DNA from: Selaginella moellendorffii
Lineage: Eukaryota > Plantae > Lycopodiophyta
Reading direction: 5' to 3'
DNA: 64,000 nucleotides
NCBI RefSeq assembly: GCF_000143415.4
Contig: NW_003314296.1
Coordinates: 186,001-250,000, forward strand
The position numbers were made by a program, and so were the translations under genes. Below the pieces are notes generated by a model. It was given only the letters and a program-made list of their open reading frames with translations. It did not search any database and was not told where the DNA came from. Positions 24,001 to 38,300 of this stretch are shown piece after piece (positions within the stretch are counted from its first letter, which is position 1; each line of letters opens with the position of its first letter).

Positions 24001-27000
24001 TTACCATGCTTTAACAAGTATTTTTAGGGATGGAGCTACTTGAGAGCCTAGGGAGTGGTTTGTCAATCCAGGTATGCTCACATTATAATCCCACATACCG
24101 GGATTAACGTTGCTACTTATAGGCCTTTATATACCTATCACTAGCCTTGCCAAAATTCCATTTTTGGCTTTGGTAGACGGTTTTTTCATATTTTTGCAAC
24201 TTTGGATGTTTGGATAGCACATTTTATCCATCATTCGCTAGGGACTTAGTCCCTTAGGCCTTATTTATTGCCTTCACAACACTAAACACCACCTCCTAGT
24301 GTTCTAGAGTGTTTAGGTGTCCTAATGATAGCTTCTTTAACAATGAACATTCCCTTTTACGACATTGACTTAGTATATTGCATAAATAATTTATCCCTCA
24401 TAAGAGTATCTCTAACTTCCTTATGCCATTAAGAAGTCTTGGGTAACTATCTTTTACTAGTTTAATCAATTCTTTTGCACATTTTGCTTAGTTGCCTCAT
24501 AGTTGTCAAATCCTACAATTCATTGCTGGTGTTTCTAAACTTCCATCATTATTTAAGTCACCACACTCCAATTGCATGTCTTCCAGTTTAGGCTATGCCA
24601 TTCCCATTTCCATTAGGATTCCTTTGAGAAGGGGTTCTTGTGAACTTACCAACTTGACCTCAAGGCATCATACTTTGGCACATTCGATGTTTCCACACTA
24701 TCAACTCCACGAGCTTACCTTTATGACACTTTTTATTTGTGTCTAGGTCTTTGCCAAGACCAATACAATCATTTCTCATGCCAACTATCCATTCACACTG
24801 CACCATATAATTTATATACAACTTTGTGTTAAAGTTGTTTTCTTTTGAGAACTTCTTTCCCACGACTTTAGTATAGCTCATTCTACCATCAATGAGATAC
24901 CCACTATTATTATACTTGGATTTTATAATCCTCCCCCTCCTTCGTGGGGTACAACACACCTCCGTCCAAATGCTTCCACCAGTTCTTTAGGACGATTCTT
25001 TGACTCCACTTGAATCATCTAGCTTTATGAACTTCATTAATCAAATGACCTATAAAGTCTTATTTTTGAGGTGCCAACTCACTAGAATATAACTTCGTGT
25101 ATTCATGTCCTACTCATAAGGACCATCTTTGCAAATTTTATTCTAACACTCGATTATTTTCCACTCTCTGTGTGCTGCCTTTGCCCTTTAGAACTATCTG
25201 TCCATATAATGAGAATACCGACTCATCCTTTGAGCACACCCCCAACTCCTTGGGTTTGATCCAGCATTTATAAAAGGTAGCCCTAACTACCATTTCAAAG
25301 ATTTGTGTCCTCATCTGTATTTGACCTCTCATAGTCATTAATTCTGGTTTCAAATTTATGAGCACCAGCCTCAACTATATGAGGATAATCTTGTGACTCC
25401 TTTATTGTTTTGAAGTTTTTATCTTTCCTGTGATCCTAACTATAGTTTTTTACCACAACCACATTAGCTAGTTTGCTAAGTCAAACGCTCATTTGGATCA
25501 TATTCTCAACTCTCTAAGAAAAACTTTATATTATTCCCAAGATCCCAAAGTCGTTCCATTATTGGCCCTTTTCTATCCACCACCTCATATACAAGTTCAC
25601 ATATAAACTGTAGTGGAGAGTCATGTCCTCCCGACATGCTACTCCTCAAGGATAAGCCCATTCCTAGGATCTTTTGATGTCAACACAAGTGGTGATATAT
25701 TTGAGCACCAATAAAAGTCGAACTAAGGAACAGCTTCGATACCAAATTGTAAGCGATTAAATTTTTCATTCTACTTTAGTCACTTAACCACACCTCCAAC
25801 CACTTGGAGGAGTCTCACTCACAACCTCCATAAGTCCTATCCCGGACTTGGGCTTGTTAGCCCCGAGAATGGCATCCCCGCCACTCAACTTTTGCACTTG
25901 GTCGAAGTGCTCCACGTGTCCAATCCCATGACTGACACCCCAAGGTACCACCGACATATCAACCCATTACACTAAGGCTATGCCCCTTGACCTTGGTCAC
26001 ACTGGTGGTCTAACACCACTTACATCACAATCCCGTCTCTCAAAGACTGGGCCATCCATCCATGAGTGATCATCCCAAATCCACTCCTTATCATCCTTAG
26101 GATGCTCGCAGACATGGGGAATAACCTTCCCCAATATCCCTTTTTTGGTCCCCACCAAGTCCCTTTCTATCCATGGCCGTGTTCACCAACACTGCCATTA
26201 GATTAAGGCCCACAGGCTTGACCACTAAATCTCACGGTCCTCTGGGACTTCCTCCCCATATGATTGTATCTTTGGTCTCTACACTAGAGGACTGCTCCTC
26301 TTCCTTTCCATAGTCTGGGACATTAGGACAACCTTTCGGAACACCATGGCTTTATGCGAGCCTTGTGGGTACTCTCCCTACCTTCCGCATTTGGGTGCTC
26401 TAACTATGGGCTTAGAGCGAGGTTTCGTTGAGCCACACTAGGCATCCAAGTAGGTAGTGCCACCCATGCTTGGACTAGGAGCATCGACCATTTGATCTCC
26501 TGGGGGAACTAAAGCCAACTCTTGAACACTTCACTAAGCTACCCTACTTGTCAATCCATATTCACTCTAGTCTTGGACTTCCTAGTGGTCATCTCATCAC
26601 CTAATAGCTAAGTATGGCCTTCTTGGGCCAAACTAACTCCACTGGGATGCAACCCCCACACTCTCCCTATTATACTTTTGGAACCCCCTACAGTCCCCCC
26701 CCCCCCCTCCCCCAGGGGGACGATCACTTTGGGCTTTCACCCAACAGCCTATATTAGTATTTAGACTCGGAATCGAACTCAGATTCGGTCTCGGTCTCGG
26801 TTTCGGACTCGGACTCGGTCTCGGTCTTAGTCTCGGTCTCGGTTCCATCTTAGGCTCCATCTCAGACTCCATCTTAGGTCATCTCGGAATCCCTCTCAGA
26901 CTCCATCTCGGGTCCATCTCGGACTCCATCTCAAGTCCATCTTGGACTCCATCTTGAGTCCCATTTCGGACTCCATCTCAGGTCCCATCTCGGACTCCAT

Positions 27001-27352
27001 CTCAGGTCCATCTCAGACTCTATCTTGGGTCCATCTTGGACTCCATCTCGGGTCCATCTCAGACTCCATCTCGGGTCCCATCTCGGACTCTATCTCAAGT
27101 GCATCTTGGACTCTATCTTGGACTCCATCTCTAGTCCCATGCTAATCCTGTTGTGTCCCTTTCTAGAGACTCACTTACGGCTTGCTTTGTGCTCGTTCTT
27201 GAGCACTTCGTTGGGAGTTCCACTCCCGCTCTCGACCTTTCAAGTCGGAGCATTTAGTCCAAATGTGTTATGCTCGTTTGGCTTTTGCTTCGACCACTAC
27301 TACGTGGCACCCTTTCAGCTCCACTTTGGGGCTTAGGGATTTGTGTCTCACA
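21070..27352 (-). mobile_element. LTR element B, same family as A (5' LTR 25748-27352; truncated 3' LTR ~21070-21823)
   Basis: TG..CA LTR of 1605 bp, PBS TGGTATCGAAGC on minus just inside 25748, PPT beside 21823, and weak decayed gag/protease-like traces at ~24660-25400. Confidence 0.85.
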
Positions 27353-30300
27353 TCAAGGACTTTATTACTTTTTGATAACACCCTTTCGTAACATCTTATC
27401 AATGTTTGTGGGTAAAATTTTGATCTCCTTTGATAACTAATACTAAACAAGACTGATTGGAAGAGAATCCATAGTTAGAATAAGATGACATGTTGCAATC
27501 TTTAACCATAAACAATAGGTCAAAGTTAAAAAGATCAATATACTCTTTGAGTTAGTCCATTATTATAACACAAAGACCGTTGGAGTGATCTGGAAAGGGA
27601 ATAGAGGAGCAAGATGGAAATATAGTAGAAAGTGGTGGGGAGATAAAAGTGATGGAAGTAAAGGTAGAGGAAGAAGGACAAAGGAGAACAAAAGTGAGAG
27701 GATTGAAAAAAATATAAAAAAGTATAAAATAAAGGGGAGAAACCTCAAAGTCACATTTGACATGATTGAATAACAATTAATTTATACTAAGGATGAGATC
27801 AAAAGTTTGACTTAGCACCATCTGCAGCCTTTTGAAATTCAAACTCAAGATCTTCTATACGCACAACTAGGTCCATCTCATCCTGTGCACATGCATGTAT
27901 ATAGCTGTTACCATAAAGAATGAAAATTAGTTCTGCCGCATGATACAATTGTAGATAGCAACATGTGATAACAGGTTGAGCAATAAAAGATAATTTCAAA
28001 CTTGTATCAACCAACAAAGAGAAAATAATATAAGCTCATTTTTCTAGAATAAGTTTGAAAAATAAACACTAGATAAACTGGTGTCGAATGAACCCCTTAA
28101 TGGTGCTCTTGAAAGAAGGATGGAGGTGTCGTGAATATAACTTCGGGTATTGAAAGTTATCTGTTGGCTAGTCCTTTCGGATATTCTTTCCTTACTGCCA
28201 TGATGGCAGGAGGTTGATATTGCTGAACCCATTATTAGTTTCTGCCTAAGCTAGTTGAAAAATTGGTCTTCATATGTGCACTTGACCAGATGAGCATAAG
28301 GACGGAATTCCTAAGTGCTCTTAATCAAGCATACTTGACCTAGTTAGAGAAATTCATTCTTTGACTTACACTTGTTAGTGTTGGGAACCCCCACGATATT
28401 GAGCTTGGTCCCTTAATATAGCAAAATGATAGCTTATCGTGTCTACCAAACACCCTCGCTATCATGCCCTTTGTGTTAGTCTTATTCCGGTCCCAAAAAC
28501 TATTTATGGAAAGTGTCTAAATTTGCTCATTTGGCATATCTACGGAATGTAAAGATTGTTCTGAACACAATGGTGTTTATCCCATGTCCAAATTCACAAT
28601 TTAGAGACATTCCATATTTAGTAAGTTTCAAGCTTGTCCCAGGGACTAACTCCTAATACTAAAGGAGGCTTGGGGTGAAAGCCCAAAGCATGTGTTCTTC
28701 AGGGGGGGGGCACTATAGGGAGTTCCAATAGTAGGGATAGTGGGTAAGTCGGCCATGGCCGACCAACCTGAAGCATAGTCCAGCTCCCACTTGCGTACTT
28801 ATCCTTGTTCTACATTCGGCTTAGGTCTAAGCCCAAATCTAAGCCTAAATTCCATTCCATGCTAACTAGTGGAATACCCTATCTTTGCATTAGGCCACTG
28901 GTATGCTGAAATAACACCAAACTCCATTTTGCTCTGTTTAGTCCTAGTATTAGGATGCTAGATACTCTAAGACTTTTCCAAGTCACTCTGTGCTCCTGTC
29001 CCTTCACTTCTTGGGTTGTATGCTCAAGAGTTGCTCTATGGTCTAGTTCCATCACTCTTTGGCTCCATTCTTGGGAGTTTGGCACTGTTCCTAGGTTCAA
29101 TGGCTCAAGGCTCTGAAACTCAAGTTCCACACCACTGTTTTTTAACCACATGACATGTGACATGTGGCACATAAAGGGTTTAAGTTCTGCTTCGTGGTGT
29201 TATCCTATGGTAAATCATCATAGGATAAAGGGTAAAAACCACGTGCACTACATTTGGTATTAGAGAGTGAGTCTCGGCGAGTACTATCCAATGATATTGG
29301 GCAACTAGTCTCATTACATATGCAAAAATGAAAATGATGATCCAAGTGGGTACACGTTTGGGTGCTAAGACTTCGCATTCGTTCCTTGGGTATGGATTTT
29401 GGTTACCTTTTTGTACTATAATAATGTGAGCTTACTCTTGGGCTCATAAAAGGGATTGAGTTATTCTGTTTGCATGACTTTGCGCTTGGGCTTGTGAGTG
29501 AGGCACATTAGCAACTTAAGATTACACTTTGAGTTGGCAAGATGGATTTGAGGTGTATTGTTTTATACGAGTTTGTTCTTAGGCTCATAAGTGAGGCACA
29601 TTAACAACTCAAGGTTACATTTTGAGTTGACAGGATTAATGTTAGCATATCGGTGGTTCCATGAGTTGTTTCATGTACCATGGGTGAAAATAAACCTTCC
29701 TTGGGTTTGCTATGAGTGGCAAATAGGTTGGTCCATAACTATTTAGCATAGCACTATTGGATCATTCTTAGGCATGATTACAAGTGAATCAATCAAGATT
29801 GTAGGGATTAGTTTATTGGTTCAAGTAGTTATTGCCGTGCTCTCTCATAAACTTTTCTTAGATTGGACTGAAGGTAGTGCGAATGCAAGCTTGAGGTTTA
29901 GTCAAATATGAGACCGAAAAGAGAGTCATCAAGGGCGAAGGATCAAACACATAAATTATTTTCTCTTCTTTGAGAGATGATTTGCAACGAGATGTTAGCT
30001 CATTGCTCATGTTCACATTATGCAATCAAGAGTTCCTACCTTGATGCATATTGGAAATGATGGTCTTGCAAATTGTGAGTCGTGGGATGGATAGTAATGA
30101 AGTACTAAACCATTTTGTCTAGGCTTGCTATTGGAAAATTGAGGTTATAATGTTTAATTCTTTTATAAGGAACCTTGTTATTGCTCTTTGAGTAGCTTGG
30201 TGTTGAATTAGGTTTGAGTTTGGTTGGATAGAGAGTGGCATGAGCTTATCCATGTTGTGCATAAAAGTTAGTGGTGTTAGGCATTGTAAGTCTCTATTGG

Positions 30301-32499
30301 TGAAGTGTGGCATTTATGTTGCATTTTGTCGAATTGAGTTGACACTTGATACTCACGTAAACCTTTGTAGTAGTGATATATGCATTGCTCATGGTGTTGC
30401 TCAATTGATGATCAAGTCATTATAATACTTATATCATATCCATGTGATAATGAATAATGTGTTTACGAAGTTGCTTGGTTAAATGATGATCAACCCCAAA
30501 TTGGTTGATGGTAAAGCTAGTCTACTTGCACGAAGTAGTATTGTAATAGCATTGACTAGATTCGCAATGGTAGTCTATTATGCTAAGCTTAAGTTGGTAC
30601 CTTGATTCTTAAAGGTTTGCCCATTAAGGTGTTGGAAAAAAGTTGTAACATTCATTTGTTATAGCTTGTCAGTTAATCCATTAGCACTTTGAGTAAATTG
30701 TTGCATAGAGAAAATGTAGTTGAGGCATTGGCATTTCTAATACTTGTATTAGTGGAAGTGGCATTATTATTTTGAGTGATGAGGAATTTTCCTTAGAACT
30801 TGATTTTTTATGTCATTTTTCTTATTAGTGTTTGGGCTTCACATTGGATCTTAAAGTTGGTTAAATGCAATATGGATATTCGAAGATGTGGTCTTCATGA
30901 TCAAGCCTTAGATGTTCACTTTGCATTTTGTGGATGTCGGTGTTGGATGCCGGATATATGGGCAAAGATGTTTGATGCTTAAGCATATTATTGGATCATG
31001 AAAATTTGTGTTAAAGTGAACCTATGTGAAGTAGTAGGTAGGAGGAAGTTGGTTGAGTCTTGAAAATTTATATTTTTAGACTAAGAATTATTCTTTCTCT
31101 AAGATGGAAATTTTTTCTTAGGCTTTTCCAATGGTTAATTTATTGATCACTTTGCTCGAAAACCATTCCGTTTTTGTAAGTCAGTACAAACTAGTGAAGG
31201 GGGTGGAGTTAACTTTGGTTAACTTAAACCTTAGTAGGTAGTTTGTATAATGCAATGTTAACTTTTGGAGCTAAGGCAATTAAGTTGGATAGAGTCTGGA
31301 GTTAGTGTAAGAAAGTGGCCATTGCACTTTTCTAAAAAGGGTGCCTTTCTTCTATAGTATTATGCTTAGTGATAGGTTGCACCTTGCATTTTGTTAAGAC
31401 TCTATGAAAGTAGTGAACTTTCACTAATCTTGACTTAGTCTTGGTAGTCTTGCACCTTGGTTGAGGATAGTGATGTCCAACTTAGTTGTTTGTGGTTAAG
31501 GTGTTAGTATCCGTACTATAACTTTGTTTATATAGAGGTTGTGTACCGATATAAGTCCATCTCATGATCATCACTTTAGTTTCGACTGAGTGTTGATTAT
31601 GTGTAGCTAGCTTCTTTAAGGCATGCTCAGAGCTATTGGCTAAATGTGTTGGTGAGCTTATTATGGTTGAGTTGGATTCGAGTTGTCATTTAGTTTATAC
31701 TTATTCATGAACCTTTATCTCGTACCTGGGGTATTACGTTCATGTTGGACAAATATATGACTTGATGATATGAGTTTAGTGTTTGGGTCTTATGAAGGCA
31801 AGTTGAAAGAGTGATTGTTAGTTGCTTGACAATTAATGATTGCTTGTAGACTTCATTGAGGATTGTTTGACACTTGCTTCACTCGATGATGATTTAGCAG
31901 TGATAAATTTTCTTTATCGGATGGTGTTGCGGATGATCGTGTCGTTAGACTTACATGGGTTTTCCATGTTGGCATATCGATTTTACCTTTGTTGATTTTA
32001 TTTGGTTGCATTTAGTTCATAGTGTTGGATTTCATTGAGTCTTACACGTAGTGAATTACTCATTGATGAAGTGTTATTTGTAACTAAGTTTTGCTGAAGG
32101 ATTGTTCTCGGATACTAGATATAGTATTTTTGACTTTGGTTAGCTTGGTTGTAAAAGAGTTTTGAATGGTGATTCACTCTTACGTTCTTATAACTTTGTT
32201 TTGGTGTTAATGGCATTGGGGCATTGGGGTTGGGTAGTTTTGAGCTGAGCTCAAATCAATGAAAGTCAACAAAAGTCAAAGGAAGTCAATACAATCCCCT
32301 AACTAGCGAAAGTTTAATGGCACTACCTTAGTTCGTCCCAAACCAAGAATTTTTAACATAAAATCTAGGTGTTTAAGGTATTCTATAAACTCATGTAGAT
32401 TATTGGTTCGATACGAACTAATCTTTTAGTCTACAAAGAAAGAAAATAATATATTAAACAACATAATTTATATTAAAATCAGAATATATTCAATCTTCT

Positions 32500-34975
32500 T
32501 CTGCTTCCATATCCAGAAAAGTAGAAATGGGTATAGTGGAATACTCCTTCACTATAGGCTCGTGTTGTATGTAATGTTATGCTATACGTTCAGCATAAAT
32601 AGGTAAGTGGAATTGACTTCGGTCCATATGATCATTCCATATCATCAAGATTAAGCGTGTGGACTAAAACACTATGTGTGATAAGTGTAGACCTAATGAC
32701 ATAGAAACATTCGAGAATAAATATTATAGATTATTTCAAGCACTAACATCACCTGTTGCAAAATCTTCTAAGAATGTCCTCAAAGGCACCCTCCTTCTCA
32801 AGTGCAAAAACAGCTTGGCTTATCTCTTTCACTGCCTGCACCATTGATCCAAATCCTACTATAGCATCAAGCACAATCCCCTTTAACGGACAGAATAACT
32901 CCAACAAGATCTACATGGCCATGATTGAATGATGTCGATAACTAGGGAATGCTAGGTGAAGAATGTCTAAGTCAATCACATTTGGGATAATGTCTGTAGA
33001 GCTGTCATATCCTGGTAAAGAAAGAGCAGCACACTCATCAACTCATGTGGCATTACGTCAGTTCCCAATGTGGCATAGAGCATGGTAGTTCCAAGAATAA
33101 ATTTGGAAAAAAAACTAGAATAGAGTTAATTTATAAATAAAGAAGTCATACACCTTTCACTTCTACCCACTAGTGCCTTTTGTGTCCACCGCCATACTCG
33201 AAAGAAGGTAGACAAATGAAAACTCAACAAATCCATCATCGTTGTTAGCCAAGTGTGCGAGAAGGCCTTCCCACATTAGAGAGCAGGGAAGGATCATGAC
33301 AACCACACCCTCGTATGTCATGAAGCTGCTCGCAACTTTTAAGGCTTGGGAAATGTGTTGGGCTTGCAACACATTCCATGACGGAGTATCCCCTTGCGGT
33401 GGTGGCATCCCATTGGGAAGATCGAAAAAGATGAAATCGATCTTCCCATAAGGTGTGAGCTGACCCAGACTATGGATCCACTGATCAAGCATGTAGAGCT
33501 CCTGACTAGTAGCATCTAAAAGCTGCGTGTAATCCCCAATAAGAACAACAACTTCCCCAACATTGGCCATTGGGGATAAAGGGCGAACCTGAAAATCAAT
33601 TATTAGAACTAAAAGTTGGAGATAAAATTCATACTTACTAACTTGTTTATACATAGTTGTAGAGGAGAGCTCTTCTAGGTTGTTGTCTATAGCTGTAGGG
33701 AGGGATGGGAAGAATGTCTTAATCCACCGAGAAGACTAATGGCTACTCTTTGCAACATCTATAAAAAAAAAAGTGAAGTCAAGAATGAATAAAAGAATGT
33801 TCTAAATCAAAGTCCTTACTCTTATGAAAGGCTTCACGACAGCCCCTTTGGGGGTTGCAAGGAGTAGGTATTGGAATCTCTTGTGCTGGAATTTTTTATA
33901 CAATTTCCTCTGGTTCAATGGTATTTGGATTTGGCATCTTCTGAATGGTTTCCTGAGTGTGGACTCTTGGGTTTAGTTGTTGAACTTTAACAACGTTGTT
34001 ATCACAGTCAGAAAGAGCCTTTGGAAAATAAGAATATAACTCAAGGTTAATATTTCCTAGCTAAGTGCTGAGTTTCAAGTGAACCTGGATGACATTCAAG
34101 GTAGAGATCTAGCTTAAAGTTTGATGTCGGCATCTGCTCAACGAGTTCAAGGTACCACGGGCATAGCTGCCTCTCATATGTACAAGGACAATATAACTCT
34201 AGCTCATACATCCCAAGCTTCTTGCCTCTAGTCAGGAGCTTCTGCAAAACACCAGTTGTGTATACCGGTGCACTAGGGCAATATTTTAAATATGTACAAA
34301 GTAAAACAAAAATATAAATACCAATATATAAATGAGAATTGAGAAAATACCTGTAAACCATGCACCTCGCAAGAAATGGTTGTCTTGGTTGGTTCTTGAA
34401 CTCAGCCAAACTCGTCCCACCACATGGAAGCCAACCATCCCTAGCTCTGCAAGACAAGCACGAATATATTCTTCAAGAGTGATACTTGTGCAGGTGCTAG
34501 AAAGAAATTTCTCGTCCTAGACTTGTAGCATCTCCTCACTAACGGCAATACTCTGAGAAATGTACACCTTCTCCTTCATCACCTTCTCCATCCTTATCTC
34601 GCAGTGTTTTTCGTTGTTTCACAGCCAAGTGTTGAGAAGTTCCAAGCAGACGCTTTGTTCAGCAAATGACATTTTACTCTTGGAGATGTTGTAAATGAGT
34701 TTCTCCAGTGCTTTACCAGTTCCTACACACACAAAAAGTTATGAAATGTTTCATAAATTTTAGAAGAATTTACGAATGCAAGAACAAATCTCGGCAATGC
34801 TATCAAGCCATTCCTACCCGTGTCATATGTCTGCAATTGAGAGCAGCTTTTTCAACTTTGTTCTCTTCATATTCAAAATTCATTGCTCAATCGCATGCCA
34901 CTCCATCTCCTTTTGTTGCTCGTCCCCTCGGGCATTTTTAAAGAATGAGGCTTTTTCTCCTTTGATTATGGGCTG
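32500..34975 (-). pseudogene. MULE accessory gene with a beta-class DNA amino-methyltransferase-like domain (decayed)
   Basis: KIDFIFFDLPNG (motif IV-like, ~33410-33445) precedes LLELFCPLKGIVLDAIVGFGSMVQAVKEISQAVFALEKE (motif X/I/II-like, ~32790-32910). Spliced exons with several in-frame stops. Confidence 0.62.
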
Positions 34976-35399
34976 CAAGAAACATTAAGTAAGTCGATAT
35001 ACACTTTAATACTAATTTGTGAAAAAACTGTGCACAAACCAACTTTTTTGAGCTTGACTCTCTCTCACTTGTCACAAAAGAATGAAACTCTCTTGAAGAA
35101 AAGAGAACATGGAGATGAGAGGGAGAACAAGAAATCAATGTTACAACTTTTGTGATTGAATGGCGCTTCTCACTCATAATCACATTCATTTCAACAATAT
35201 TATTCCTCTCACAATTAATTATACAATTAATATGGGTGGCTCTTTAAGATTCCCATATCTCTCTAGATTCTAAGCGATTGTATATTTTGTTAATTAACTT
35301 GTCCTTTGCAAGGACATAACTAATTAATGCTCACAATACAGAAGAATATCTTTGTTCTTTTTTGTCAGTTTCTCCCTAAATTTTTTCTAAGTGCTCGAA

Positions 35400-38300
35400 C
35401 AAAGAGAAGATATGAGAGAATTCTATTTGAAGTTCAATCAAGAGCCTCCAATTGTTTTCTCTAAGAGTGTTATAGGAGAGAGCTTCCTCTGCAGAAGATT
35501 CAAGCTGAAGCCGGGATTAGTTAATTTGGAGAATATATGTCGTGATAAGGTTAATCAGATAGAAAAATTTATTTTTCTCAACAGTGGTGTGGGAGAAAAT
35601 AGGATTCAGTGGGATCTTGATAGATGTACAGGTTAGGAGATTCTAGTTATAGGATCTCTAAAGCAAGGAGAGGAGAGCGCATCAGTTTCACAACCAATTG
35701 TGCAAGGAGTGAAGGATGAAGTTGTTATTCTCTCCAATGACGAAAATGAAAAAGATGAGCTTCCTGACATAGCTTCCCAGACAAGTAGGTGTATTCCTTC
35801 TGGACCAATTTTTAAAGTGGTGGATAAGGCATTTCAGCAATCTCAATCATTACGGTTGGAATTGAAGGAGTTACAGTATATGAGAGGTGAGGAGTTTCCT
35901 TCTTCCTATAATAGGAATATATTCTTCGAGTTTCCACCGGCCAATTCGTCAAGTAGGAAAAGGAGTATGGAAACGCATCTTGATCCACATAATTGGTGCA
36001 AAGTAAAGACAACCCACTTCTCTCATTTCGACGGATCTGTGTCCATAGTCCATTATGGTGGATAGCTTTAGTGTGTCGCTGAGAAATTCATTTTTGATCA
36101 TGACAAGAATATGTGTTTCTTTGAAGGTTTAGTAATCAATCCCTCTAGGCATGATGAGGTTGCTACAGGGTTTAGATATCGCAAATGTAGGGCAACACCT
36201 ATGTGTCAAGCATGTTGCGATGTGAAAATTTTTCCACGGGATGGATGTTTAGGCAGAGTAGCAGTGCATGTTGGATACCACCAACACGCAATAAAGGAAG
36301 AAATTCACTATGATTCTTTTCGCAATTTAAAGGCTGTTGTTATTACAAAGGTTAGGAAGATAAGTGTTACAACTCCAAAGTGTGTTCAACAGTTTATACT
36401 AAAGGACTATGTGGTGGACATGTTGCTACAATCTGATAGCAAAAAAGAGTTCACGGAGAATATCTTGGAAGACCTACTTCAAAATATAGAACCCGTGACA
36501 AATTTAAACAAGTATAAAATTAATACTTAACTCTACTTTATCACTAATAACACTCTTTTTTTGGTAAAATAAAGAACTGGATGCGATAAGGGCAAGATGG
36601 AAAGCTTTAATCTGGATTGGATGGGATTTTGAAGCTAAAGAAAACATGTCCCTATGAGTTTATTCATGGGAGCTTGTTTATTAGCCAAGTGACTTCAAAC
36701 AATTAACATCCTTTCGTTTTTAAAATGTCTACTCTTAGTCTTGCTTCTGGTGTGGACTTTGTACAACAAATGAATATGAATGGAGATGGGGACTTGGCTA
36801 ATTCCTAGATCCATTTAAACTATATGGAACGAGTTTCAGGCTGGTCAACTATAGGAGCTCATGTTTATGATCACAAGTAAGTGGCTATTCATTTTTTAAG
36901 GATTCCATATTGATTTACATTATAACCATTCCTTCTATAGGTTGCAGTGTAACTTGACTATAGCTATAGCCAAATTCAAGGTTCAAGATTTTCAAGCACT
37001 AACCATCTTTTGGACATGTATATCCGAAGTTGTTAAATAGTGAACCAAGAAGAAACCCAACTTTCATGGTTTCATGGTAGATGCTGCTGGTGTTAACTGG
37101 TTAGCTGTACGACAAATATTTAGAGGTGATAAAAGTTAGCTGTTACAAGGTAGAGAGAAGAGTTTTGAGTTTCATTAGGCAAAAAGTGTCAATAAACATT
37201 GTCGATGCATCAAATTTGACTTCCATCACGAGTTTAAGCAGCTTTGCCGAGAATGGATGGATGCACCAACTAAAGAGGAGTATGAGGCAAAGGCAAATGA
37301 GATGTGTATATGGTGGCGTGAAGGAGACAAAGTGCCAATTGAAAACCTTCTATAAATGGAATGCTAGCTTGCATGGTGGGAAGTTTGAATGTTTTAGTGG
37401 GGTCATTATACTCTCTATTTAAGTTTTCTCTCATTTTCTTTCTTTTCACATTCAAATGTTGCATTTTTCCTAGGATCAACCACTTGATGATATAGCACTT
37501 ACACCAATAATTAATCTCTCTGAGAGCAAACATTGGAGTTGGAGAGCTTTTGAAGCAGGGAAAGGAAAAGTGTCCCTCTATGAAGCTACACTCTCCAACC
37601 TCACTAGATCTCTTGAGCAGTCATCAAAAGCTTTGGTTCCACAGGAAGCAAGGTTTACTGGTATAGGTCTGAACTTAGACAAGCTTCGAGAGCAGGTTGG
37701 TAGAAGGACAACACTAGCAGCATGGTCAATGTTTAAGATGGTGGAAGAAGTTGTTGCTAGAACTCCTATGAAATCAAGTTATGAACCACTCGAGGACATG
37801 AGAATAGCCTGTACGAAGCATCGACAGACATTTGATGGGCCAAACATCACTCCTTTTAGCTCTCACCATCCAGAGTTTGACTACCATTTTGTTCCATAAC
37901 ACAGAAAAAGAATTAAGGAATATGGAGTGGAGGAGGTGCCAATTGTTACACAAGTAAGTCCAGTGCCAAAGGTTGAAAAGGTTATTTCTCATGAGCTAGT
38001 TTCTCGTATCAATTGGGCAATTTGAAGAGTTAGTGCCAAGAGCAATGCACATTGCTCTGGAATGATTGGGAGTTGAGGTCAATGTCTTGCATTTGTGCGC
38101 TCAGGTTCAAGTTCTTTAGCAGTGCCATGTTTTTAAGGCTATCAAGATCTAGGAGTGAAGGGCCACCAGTCAAGCTCTATTTACTGTTATGGGACTGATG
38201 TTACTCATATAAGTTGGATTCACAACTCAATTATTTTGAAGCTAGATTCTGTGCCAGAGGAGTGGCCAATTGAGCGAAGCTATAATCTTTTGAAAGAAGA

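Noticed and set aside
15956-27336. ORFs such as MESEMGPE.../MDSISDSISGP...
   Set aside because: These are translation artefacts of stop-free 12-bp tandem repeats inside LTRs.
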